23,860 bases of DNA from a virus (Duplodnaviria; Heunggongvirae; Uroviricota; Caudoviricetes). The notes beneath the pieces are model-generated. The model searched no databases. It was not told the origin of the DNA and saw nothing but the letters and a program-made list of their open reading frames with translations. The translations under genes and the position numbers were made by a program. The DNA is taken from IMG/VR virus record IMGVR_UViG_3300042564_003265; one strand, written 5' to 3'. Of this stretch, positions 17,179 through 23,489 are shown piece by piece (the first letter of the stretch is position 1; each line of letters starts with the position of its first letter).

Positions 17179-17254
17179 CTCACGGACGAAGGTTCACCAA
17201 ATTTTTTCCACTTTTTATTTGTTAAAAAAATAATTTAAAATTTAACACGAAATA

Positions 17255-17286
17255 ATAGGAATTATCATTTATATTGTTTTACTTTG
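17255..17286 (+). promoter_or_regulatory. Cassette promoter
   Basis: ATAG-N20-TTACTTTG. Confidence 0.7.
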
Positions 17287-17309
17287 TCTTAACTTTAAAC
17301 TATAACACA

Positions 17310-17516
17310 ATGGATAATCAAGAAAACAAACTACGAGTAAAATTGAGTACGTTCAAATCCGACTTATCATTCAACGAGTGGGTTGAAAAATATAATGTCG
17401 GTCGATACTACAACGAACCTACAAAGTATTTTCAAGGTAACCCCACGAGTGGTATTGAACCTCTAAAACTCCAAAGGGTTGGTAACTCGTTTCTCAATCT
17501 CTTTTTCAAGTCCTAA
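17310..17516 (+). CDS. Small hypothetical protein (0 Ala)
   Basis: 68 aa from ATG 17310. Confidence 0.75.
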   Translation: MDNQENKLRVKLSTFKSDLSFNEWVEKYNVGRYYNEPTKYFQGNPTSGIEPLKLQRVGNSFLNLFFKS

Positions 17517-17521
17517 TAACA

Positions 17522-17546
17522 AACCCTACTTCGGTAGGGTTTTTTT
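17522..17546 (+). terminator. Intrinsic terminator
   Basis: AACCCTAC-TTCG-GTAGGGTT plus U-tract (cUUCGg loop). Confidence 0.9.
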
Positions 17547-17578
17547 ATGTCCTCATTGTAATCTAATTACAATCAACG

Positions 17579-17615
17579 AAATGTCCAACAGCTTTCAAAT
17601 AACCGGTGTACATTT
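17579..17615. repeat. Inverted box pair
   Basis: AAATGTCCAACAGCTTT (17579-17595) and AACCGGTGTACATTT (17601-17615). Confidence 0.85.
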
Positions 17616-17664
17616 CCACGGGTGAAGTATCCCATAAACTTTAACATTTCTTAACAAAGATAAA

Positions 17665-17696
17665 TTTGGTGGTCTCATATCATTATATTAATTTTA
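17665..17696 (+). promoter_or_regulatory. Cassette promoter
   Basis: TTTG-N20-TAATTTTA. Confidence 0.75.
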
Positions 17697-17718
17697 TACT
17701 ATTAAACAAACACACACT

Positions 17719-17964
17719 ATGAAAAAGTTTCAAGAAAAAATTCAGAAAATCGGAGTAGTCTTAATGTTGGTATTCCCAATTTGTTTAGTCCTTACTCTTT
17801 TGTGTTCGGACTATCGAGGTGAGACTGAATACAATCAGTACGTTGTCATCAGTAAGTTCCTCGTGAATTGGTACACATTTACTACCACGTTAATCGGTAT
17901 GTTACTTTACACACTCGGTTGGGTTAAAGTTCCACAAAAAAGAAAGAGACCACAAACTTTCTAA
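17719..17964 (+). CDS. 2-TM membrane protein (0 Ala)
   Basis: 81 aa with two hydrophobic segments. Confidence 0.75.
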   Translation: MKKFQEKIQKIGVVLMLVFPICLVLTLLCSDYRGETEYNQYVVISKFLVNWYTFTTTLIGMLLYTLGWVKVPQKRKRPQTF

Positions 17965-17982
17965 AATAATAATGGTGGGAGG

Positions 17983-18033
17983 AAGTCTAACAGCTTCCTT
18001 TCCTCATATACACAAAATAACCGGTGAACATTT
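17983..18033. repeat. Inverted box pair
   Basis: AAGTCTAACAGCTT (17983-17996) and AACCGGTGAACATTT (18019-18033). Confidence 0.8.
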
Positions 18034-18106
18034 CCGACACGTCTTCACCTTCGGGTTCTGAGTTAAAAAAATTTAACACTCTTTAACATTTTTTTAACGT
18101 GTAGAA

Positions 18107-18138
18107 TTTGGTATAATGAAATATCCATTATATATTTG
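18107..18138 (+). promoter_or_regulatory. Cassette promoter
   Basis: TTTG-N20-TATATTTG, a consensus match. Confidence 0.8.
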
Positions 18139-18173
18139 TATTGTTATTTAATCACACACTAATAATCAAACAA

Positions 18174-18374
18174 ATGAAAAATCTATTTGAAGTAATGTTC
18201 GGTCAAAATTTTGAGTATGTCGTGAACCTCGTAAGTCGTATGGACACGATTGAAAAATGTCTATTCCTTTTTTGGAGTATCTGTGTAGTATTGTTTTATT
18301 CTACAATCCTATACACTATCTACCTCGTAGGTAAAAGTCTTGTAAGTAAATTATTCACTACTAAAACTATATAA
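18174..18374 (+). CDS. Single-TM small protein (0 Ala)
   Basis: 66 aa from ATG 18174. Confidence 0.65.
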   Translation: MKNLFEVMFGQNFEYVVNLVSRMDTIEKCLFLFWSICVVLFYSTILYTIYLVGKSLVSKLFTTKTI

Positions 18375-18375
18375 G

Positions 18376-18708
18376 ATGTCAAATCACATTTCAACAAAAT
18401 CAAAGTATGTTCGTATCGATGGTTGGAGAGGTTACTCTGAACCGATAAATGCGATTGGTGGTTGTAACCACACGGGTGGTTGGGAAGATAGTCCTTGTCC
18501 AACTTCAGTAGTAAAATCTGAATTAGATGGTTTTAAGAAAATCCTAAAACAAAATAAAATCAGATTCAAACAATTAGTAACTCAAAGTTCTAATGTCTTT
18601 TGTCAACACGTTTACGTTTTAGTACACCCTATTGATAGGGAACGTGGATTGGAATTGAGTGAAGACTATTCTAAACGTGAAGGTATTAGATTGTTCTACT
18701 CGGTATAA
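18376..18708 (+). CDS. Phage hypothetical protein (1 Ala)
   Basis: 110 aa; DGWRGY..P, SSNVFC motifs. Confidence 0.85.
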   Translation: MSNHISTKSKYVRIDGWRGYSEPINAIGGCNHTGGWEDSPCPTSVVKSELDGFKKILKQNKIRFKQLVTQSSNVFCQHVYVLVHPIDRERGLELSEDYSKREGIRLFYSV

Positions 18709-18727
18709 CATTCATCTAATGAAACTG

Positions 18728-18760
18728 AAACCCTCGGACTTAAATGTTCGGGGGTTTTTT
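18728..18760 (+). terminator. Intrinsic terminator
   Basis: AAACCCTCGGAC-ttaaat-GTTCGGGGGTTT plus U-tract. Confidence 0.75.
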
Positions 18761-18792
18761 ATTTGTCCTACACCCAACACCATCTTGAGTCA

Positions 18793-18863
18793 GGACCTGG
18801 AGAAATGTCTTACAGCTTTCGGTAGTTGTCTTACAAATAACCGGTGAACATTTTTCCAGGTCC
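18793..18863. repeat. Inverted box pair with extended complementary flanks
   Basis: GGACCTGGAGAAATGT (18793-18808) is the 15/16 reverse complement of ACATTTTTCCAGGTCC (18848-18863); boxes at 18803-18819 and 18839-18853. Confidence 0.85.
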
Positions 18864-18919
18864 CTGTGGTACTACGTCATTCGCGTTAAAAAAATTTTAA
18901 CACTTTTTAACAAAATAAA

Positions 18920-18951
18920 TTTGGTGGTCTCATATCAATATATTACTTTTA
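18920..18951 (+). promoter_or_regulatory. Cassette promoter
   Basis: TTTG-N20-TACTTTTA. Confidence 0.75.
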
Positions 18952-18955
18952 CATT

Positions 18956-19033
18956 ATGAAAAACACATACATAAAGTGGTCAATTATTTTCTTATTATTA
19001 ACAATTAAAATTTTATTACAAAATGGTAATTAA
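18956..19033 (+). CDS. Possible 25-aa hydrophobic peptide
   Basis: MKNTYIKWSIIFLLLTIKILLQNGN; first ATG after the promoter; overlaps the next start. Confidence 0.35.
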   Translation: MKNTYIKWSIIFLLLTIKILLQNGN

Positions 19034-19355
19034 ACTAACACTCCTAAACGGAAACTCGTTTTTGGTAAACGTAAACCAAGTACAAACTATTTTCCCTAAA
19101 TTTTACAAAGGGAATTACATCACTCGTATTCAATTAGGTCAAGAACAAATGATTCAAGTTCAAGAGTCGATTGAAGAAATCTACAATCAGATTTGGAACG
19201 AAGAAAAAATCGAGACACCATTCACTTTGGTAACTCGTGATGATGATGATTCTGATTTTAGACCAAGACCTCAATATCAGAAACCACGTTACGAAAACCA
19301 ACGTGAATATCTACCTCGTTATGAAAGAAACTATAACAATCAAAACCATTACTAA
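19023..19355 (+). CDS. FlbD-like domain protein with polar C-tail (0 Ala)
   Basis: MVIKLTLLNGNSFLVN...IQVQESIEEI resembles the FlbD family pattern IKLTxLNG..F.LN...V.ES.EEV. Confidence 0.6.
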   Translation: MVIKLTLLNGNSFLVNVNQVQTIFPKFYKGNYITRIQLGQEQMIQVQESIEEIYNQIWNEEKIETPFTLVTRDDDDSDFRPRPQYQKPRYENQREYLPRYERNYNNQNHY

Positions 19356-19356
19356 A

Positions 19357-19500
19357 ATGAAAGAGATGATTCAGTTATTCAAAGAAGTCTATCAAGAAGA
19401 TAGAAAAGAATTTTGGGAAGGTATTTTGGGTGGAGTATTAATAGTAAGTGTATCCATATTCTTGTTTTGGTTCGCGGGTACATTTTGTTACGATATGTGA
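19357..19500 (+). CDS. 47-aa single-TM protein (1 Ala)
   Basis: ATG 19357 follows the upstream stop directly. Confidence 0.7.
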   Translation: MKEMIQLFKEVYQEDRKEFWEGILGGVLIVSVSIFLFWFAGTFCYDM

Positions 19501-19534
19501 TTAGTAGTAGTAGTGTGTTTAACGATGAGAAATT

Positions 19535-19564
19535 CCCTCGACGAAAGTCGGGGGTTTTCTTTTT
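19535..19564 (+). terminator. Intrinsic terminator
   Basis: CCCTCGAC-GAAA-GTCGGGGG plus U-rich tail. Confidence 0.8.
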
Positions 19565-19597
19565 ATGTCCAACACCATCTCATCAGGGACGCTGTGG

Positions 19598-19630
19598 AAA
19601 TGTCTTACTGCTTTTAACCGGTAAACATTT
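19598..19630. repeat. Inverted box pair
   Basis: AAATGTCTTACTGCTTT (19598-19614) and AACCGGTAAACATTT (19616-19630). Confidence 0.85.
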
Positions 19631-19681
19631 TTCAGGGACGGAACCTTCAGACAAAATTTAACACTTTTTAACAAAAATAAA

Positions 19682-19713
19682 TTTGGTAGTTTAAAATAAA
19701 GGTATTACCTTTA
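19682..19713 (+). promoter_or_regulatory. Cassette promoter
   Basis: TTTG-N20-TACCTTTA. Confidence 0.75.
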
Positions 19714-19733
19714 TATCATTAAACAAAGACATT

Positions 19734-19949
19734 ATGAAAGTAATCAATTCAAGAATCACTGAACAACCAAAATCGTTGTTCGACCCTTTACCACAAGTGT
19801 TCGTAACATTGGAGAATGGAGTTGAAGAATTTTTATTCGACTACTATCCCGATGAAATCAGTTTCACTCCGAATGAATTTATCGGATTGACTACGGATGA
19901 ATGTAGAACCTTGAAGTTCAAAAAAGATAAACATTTTCTAACCTCTTAA
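19734..19949 (+). CDS. Small phage protein (YYPDEISF motif; 0 Ala)
   Basis: 71-aa ORF. Confidence 0.85.
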   Translation: MKVINSRITEQPKSLFDPLPQVFVTLENGVEEFLFDYYPDEISFTPNEFIGLTTDECRTLKFKKDKHFLTS

Positions 19950-19958
19950 TTTACTACA

Positions 19959-20150
19959 ATGACACAAAGAGAAAAAATTAAATCAATCGTACTATTAATC
20001 TTACTATTAGTTGGTGGATTGTACATCTTGGGTTTCGGTATCTACACCATTTCAATTACACACTTGTTCATTAGTGGACTTGTACTAATCAGTTATGGTT
20101 TGGTACTCTCGTTCTTTTCATCCTATCTTTTGATTGACATCAGAAAATAA
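19959..20150 (+). CDS. 2-TM membrane protein (0 Ala)
   Basis: 63 aa, hydrophobic. Confidence 0.7.
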   Translation: MTQREKIKSIVLLILLLVGGLYILGFGIYTISITHLFISGLVLISYGLVLSFFSSYLLIDIRK

Positions 20151-20160
20151 TGATGGTGGG

Positions 20161-20211
20161 AAGTCTAACAGCTTCCCATTCTCATACACATCAAATAACC
20201 GGTAGACATTT
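20161..20211. repeat. Inverted box pair
   Basis: AAGTCTAACAGCTT (20161-20174) and AACCGGTAGACATTT (20197-20211). Confidence 0.8.
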
Positions 20212-20287
20212 TCAAAAGATGAAGGAAATCCAAATTTTTTCTACTTTTTATTTGTTAAAAAAATAATTTAAAATTTAACACAAAATA

Positions 20288-20319
20288 ATAGGATATATGG
20301 ATTATATTGTTTTATTTTG
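20288..20319 (+). promoter_or_regulatory. Cassette promoter
   Basis: ATAG-N20-TTATTTTG. Confidence 0.7.
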
Positions 20320-20323
20320 TGTT

Positions 20324-20878
20324 ATGAAAAAATTACTACTACTATTATTATTATTATCTGTTTCAATAATATCTTGTGAGAAAGATGAAATCTTACCACA
20401 AAACCAACTTGAAAAATCACAAAAAGATTTGATAGTAACATATTGTGAGGCGAATTTACCAGGGTATAGTATTGACCAACAAACGGGAATTTATTATCGA
20501 GTTACAAAAAAAGGTGATTTAACAAAAAACATTAATAGTCCGTTTGGGATTGGTATAAAATATATTGGTAAGTACATCTATTGGAAAGACAATCATATTG
20601 ATGGAGTGAAAGGTACTATATTTGACGCTCTACCCCAACCTTATGAGAATCAATTATTTTATATTAGAAGTCCTTTCGAGAACATTTTTATGTCTTTATA
20701 TAAAACGGGTGGTAATGGTTTCCCAACCGCTCAACAATTTGTGTTGAGAACAATCGGTGTGGGTGGTGAAATGGATGTTGTCGTTCCGTGTTATATGGAT
20801 GGTAATAATTGTGAAATTAGTAGATTGAATCTTCCCACAATAAAAGAATCACCATTACATTATTATGTTAGGTTTTAA
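20324..20878 (+). CDS. Bacteroidota-type lipoprotein with FKBP-like fold (3 Ala)
   Basis: MKKLLLLLLLLSVSIISC lipobox followed by EKDE; TGIYYRVTKKG, IKYIG...GTIFD, IGVGGEMDVVVP resemble FKBP PPIase elements. Confidence 0.65.
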   Translation: MKKLLLLLLLLSVSIISCEKDEILPQNQLEKSQKDLIVTYCEANLPGYSIDQQTGIYYRVTKKGDLTKNINSPFGIGIKYIGKYIYWKDNHIDGVKGTIFDALPQPYENQLFYIRSPFENIFMSLYKTGGNGFPTAQQFVLRTIGVGGEMDVVVPCYMDGNNCEISRLNLPTIKESPLHYYVRF

Positions 20879-20900
20879 CACAAATAGTATTACACAAAGG

Positions 20901-20927
20901 AATCCTACTTCGGTAGGATTTTTTTTT
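20901..20927 (+). terminator. Intrinsic terminator
   Basis: AATCCTAC-TTCG-GTAGGATT plus U-tract. Confidence 0.9.
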
Positions 20928-20966
20928 GTCCACAACTCATCTTGACCAAGCATCTGTAACCCGGAG

Positions 20967-20998
20967 AAATGTCTTACAGCTTTTCGCCGTTACACATT
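20967..20998. repeat. Inverted box pair (tight spacing)
   Basis: AAATGTCTTACAGC-ttttc-GCCGTTACACATT. Confidence 0.85.
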
Positions 20999-21059
20999 CT
21001 ACGACCTTCGCGCTGAGGAGTTCATCATAAAAAACTTTAACACTTTTTAACAAATTAAA

Positions 21060-21091
21060 TTTGGTATTCTCATATAAAGGATATACTTTTA
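21060..21091 (+). promoter_or_regulatory. Cassette promoter
   Basis: TTTG-N20-TACTTTTA. Confidence 0.75.
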
Positions 21092-21116
21092 CATCATAAT
21101 CAAAAACACAAATACT

Positions 21117-21482
21117 ATGACTAAAGGAATTTTTATTGACGTTGAAAATCGTAAGATTGAAGAAGTATTGTTAGACACCTCTAATGAACCACAATACCAA
21201 GTTATCCAAAGATTGGTTGGTGGTTTAATGGAATACCTACCAATACAAATCAAAGGTAATGACTTAATCATAAATGAAGAAGGTCGTTATATGTTTGAAA
21301 AAGGTTTTAGAATTAAAGGGTGGAATGACAAATTGTACGGAAGTGGTTTGTTGTTGGGATTCGATGACACTACGGGTGATAACATTGATACCACTCTATC
21401 GGTTGATGAAGTAACCGAGTTGGTTGAGTTCACTGATGTTAAAATTGGGGAAGGGGACTTTGTTCAAGTGTTTAGTTTTTAG
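21117..21482 (+). CDS. DUF3846-like phage protein (0 Ala)
   Basis: IQRLVGGLME, LIINEEG, LYGSGLLLG resemble DUF3846. Confidence 0.7.
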   Translation: MTKGIFIDVENRKIEEVLLDTSNEPQYQVIQRLVGGLMEYLPIQIKGNDLIINEEGRYMFEKGFRIKGWNDKLYGSGLLLGFDDTTGDNIDTTLSVDEVTELVEFTDVKIGEGDFVQVFSF

Positions 21483-21502
21483 TGTGGGTTAGTAAGTCAA
21501 AG

Positions 21503-21530
21503 ACCACTCCGAAAGGGGTGGTTTTTTTTT
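21503..21530 (+). terminator. Intrinsic terminator
   Basis: ACCACTCC-GAAA-GGGGTGGT plus U-tract. Confidence 0.85.
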
Positions 21531-21566
21531 GTCGAGAAGAAGATGTTGGTGAAGAAGACGGGGTGG

Positions 21567-21582
21567 AATGTCTAACAGCTTT
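21567..21582 (+). repeat. 13-bp box, single copy
   Basis: AATGTCTAACAGCTTT with no inverted partner. Confidence 0.75.
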
Positions 21583-21616
21583 CACTTAAAACTTTAACAC
21601 TTTTTAACAAAATAAA

Positions 21617-21648
21617 TTTGGTGGTTTAAAATAATAGTATTACCTTTA
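21617..21648 (+). promoter_or_regulatory. Cassette promoter
   Basis: TTTG-N20-TACCTTTA. Confidence 0.75.
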
Positions 21649-21671
21649 TAGTGTTAAAAAAATATACTACT

Positions 21672-21962
21672 ATGTCAAACTCAATTTCAAACGGATTCAA
21701 AGAACTCCGTAAACTCGGTTACTTTTGTAGACAAAACTATTGGTGTTGTCAAACTTGTGGGTGGAGTGATATCCCCGAAGACAAGTCGGAGAAAGTTGTG
21801 TTCTTCCACAATCAAGACAACGATGACAAAAAGAGGGGTAATCCTTTCTACCTCTGTTGGAGTGGTGACGGAAACTTAATCTGTGAAGTTCTCAAAAAAC
21901 ACGGAGTCGAAACGGATTGGAACGGAAATGACTCAACTCGAATACGAGTGGTCAGTTGGTAA
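21672..21962 (+). CDS. Small Cys-containing phage protein (NYWCCQTCG; 0 Ala)
   Basis: 96 aa from ATG 21672. Confidence 0.85.
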   Translation: MSNSISNGFKELRKLGYFCRQNYWCCQTCGWSDIPEDKSEKVVFFHNQDNDDKKRGNPFYLCWSGDGNLICEVLKKHGVETDWNGNDSTRIRVVSW

Positions 21963-21976
21963 ATGAAACTGAAAAG

Positions 21977-22002
21977 ACCTCAACGAAAGTTGGGGTTTTT
22001 TT
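21977..22002 (+). terminator. Intrinsic terminator
   Basis: ACCTCAAC-GAAA-GTTGGGGT plus U-tract. Confidence 0.85.
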
Positions 22003-22044
22003 ATTTCCACCAAGAAGAATCTGTTGACAACAGCGCACTGGTGG

Positions 22045-22075
22045 GATGTTCAACGGCGTTTAACCGGTAGACATT
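22045..22075. repeat. Inverted box pair
   Basis: GATGTTCAACGGCGTT (22045-22060) and AACCGGTAGACATT (22062-22075). Confidence 0.85.
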
Positions 22076-22138
22076 CGTCTGGTTCGGAGCTGGTCGTTCT
22101 GTTGGTCAAAAAATAATTTAAAAATAGTTGGTCAAAAA

Positions 22139-22170
22139 TTTGGTTATATCATTTATATTGTTTTACTTTG
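22139..22170 (+). promoter_or_regulatory. Cassette promoter
   Basis: TTTG-N20-TTACTTTG. Confidence 0.75.
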
Positions 22171-22191
22171 TGGTGTAATAAAATATATGGT

Positions 22192-22695
22192 ATGACAAAC
22201 ATTGATAAATTTATTGAACAACAACGAGAATTTGTACTACGAGTGTTTAAAGGTGAAGGTGAACTACAACCTATCTTATGTTTCCTAACTGAAAAGGAAG
22301 GTAAGTTGGGTACGAGTTTTTGTCCAATACCTACTGAACTTATGAATGATGAAGGTAAGGATATTATTAGGTACCAATTAATTGAACAAGTTAAAAGTGT
22401 AATTAAAGGTCAAGGTCACAAACTACTATGTGTGAATTGGAATAGTGAGGGGTGGATGTACCAAAGTTCAAAAGAACAATTAGAAGAAGTGAATGGTCAC
22501 TACCGAAAGTTACCAAGAACGGAAGTGTTGTTAATGTCCTTTGATACTGAAAGTGGTAGTCAAGTTATTACCTACGAAATTAAAAGAAATCTATCGGTCG
22601 GTGAAGACGGACTGAATGAAGAAGTTGAAGTAGAACTTATGGAGTTGTCCAAGAATGTGACAAGTAAAGGTAGGTTTACTAAAATGTTTGATTAG
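22192..22695 (+). CDS. Phage hypothetical protein (SEGW motif; 0 Ala)
   Basis: 167 aa from ATG 22192. Confidence 0.85.
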   Translation: MTNIDKFIEQQREFVLRVFKGEGELQPILCFLTEKEGKLGTSFCPIPTELMNDEGKDIIRYQLIEQVKSVIKGQGHKLLCVNWNSEGWMYQSSKEQLEEVNGHYRKLPRTEVLLMSFDTESGSQVITYEIKRNLSVGEDGLNEEVEVELMELSKNVTSKGRFTKMFD

Positions 22696-22721
22696 TGTTT
22701 TTTGTTTACTCATTAGTTTAG

Positions 22722-22755
22722 AAAGGGGTAGGAATTTTTCCTACTCTTTTTTTTT
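22722..22755 (+). terminator. Intrinsic terminator
   Basis: AAAGGGGTAGGAA-ttt-TTCCTACTCTTT plus U-tract. Confidence 0.85.
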
Positions 22756-22788
22756 GTCCAAGAACCTGATTCTGTCCCGTCCTGGTGG

Positions 22789-22819
22789 AATGTTCAACAG
22801 CTTTCGCCGTTACACATTT
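22789..22819. repeat. Inverted box pair (tight spacing)
   Basis: AATGTTCAACAGC-tttc-GCCGTTACACATTT. Confidence 0.85.
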
Positions 22820-22888
22820 GTCCCACTCTTCCGGGGAATTCACCTTCAAAAAATTTAACACTCTTTAACATTTTTTTAACTACAATTA

Positions 22889-22920
22889 TTTGGATATATC
22901 AATTATATTGTTTTACTTTA
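22889..22920 (+). promoter_or_regulatory. Cassette promoter
   Basis: TTTG-N20-TTACTTTA. Confidence 0.75.
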
Positions 22921-22953
22921 CACTATTAAATCACACACATAAAACACAAAAAA

Positions 22954-23238
22954 ATGGAAAGTAGAATTGTAGTAACACCACGAGGTGACTTCGGTCACGA
23001 TTGGAACTTGATTGTCGAAACAAACGACGGAGTAAAGAACTTTTATTTAGGTCAAGACGTAAAGTTTTGTAGTCGAGTATTAGGACTTACACCACGAGAA
23101 ATTGTCCACGAAATTGGAACGGGTGACTTCCGTAATGAAGAAAACTTAAAACTATTAGGTAACTTCATTAGTGAACAATTAGGTTTAGTCGAGGAATCGG
23201 TAAACGAATTGGAATCTTGGGAATTGTGTTGTCAGTAG
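22954..23238 (+). CDS. Phage hypothetical protein (0 Ala)
   Basis: 94-aa ORF; FYLGQDVKFCSRVLG. Confidence 0.85.
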   Translation: MESRIVVTPRGDFGHDWNLIVETNDGVKNFYLGQDVKFCSRVLGLTPREIVHEIGTGDFRNEENLKLLGNFISEQLGLVEESVNELESWELCCQ

Positions 23239-23257
23239 TAATTACTGAACTGAAAAG

Positions 23258-23283
23258 ACCTCAACGAAAGTTGGGGTTTTTTT
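23258..23283 (+). terminator. Intrinsic terminator, identical to 21977
   Basis: ACCTCAAC-GAAA-GTTGGGGT plus U-tract. Confidence 0.85.
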
Positions 23284-23318
23284 ATGTCAAGAACAACCTG
23301 AAGAAAATCCTGAGGGAG

Positions 23319-23362
23319 AAATGTTCAACAGCTTTCACACAACAAAAAAACCGGTAGACATT
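23319..23362. repeat. Inverted box pair
   Basis: AAATGTTCAACAGCTTT (23319-23335) and AACCGGTAGACATT (23349-23362). Confidence 0.85.
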
Positions 23363-23422
23363 GTTCTCCGAAGGTATCCCAAAAAATTTTAACACTTCTT
23401 AACATTTTTTTAACTACAAAAA

Positions 23423-23454
23423 TTTGGTGGTCTCATATCAATATATTACTTTTG
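23423..23454 (+). promoter_or_regulatory. Cassette promoter
   Basis: TTTG-N20-TACTTTTG, a consensus match. Confidence 0.8.
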
Positions 23455-23489
23455 TATTGTTAAATTATTAAACACTAAAAGTTACTACT

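Noticed and set aside
15011-21271. Track ORFs crossing spacers or antisense in the array (15011, 15123, 15553, 15602, 16630, 18320, 18659, 19413, 21089)
   Set aside because: They run through terminators, boxes and promoters or oppose the uniform plus-strand layout.
14576-23362. Integron cassette array: box left arms contain RYYYAAC-like GTCTAAC/GTTCAAC, resembling attC R''
   Set aside because: Right arms mostly lack GTTRRRY, there are no L boxes, each unit has its own promoter and terminator, and no integrase is present. Kept only as a generic recombination-site hypothesis.
14576-23362. CRISPR array
   Set aside because: Repeats are degenerate, hundreds of bp apart and separated by whole genes; no cas genes.
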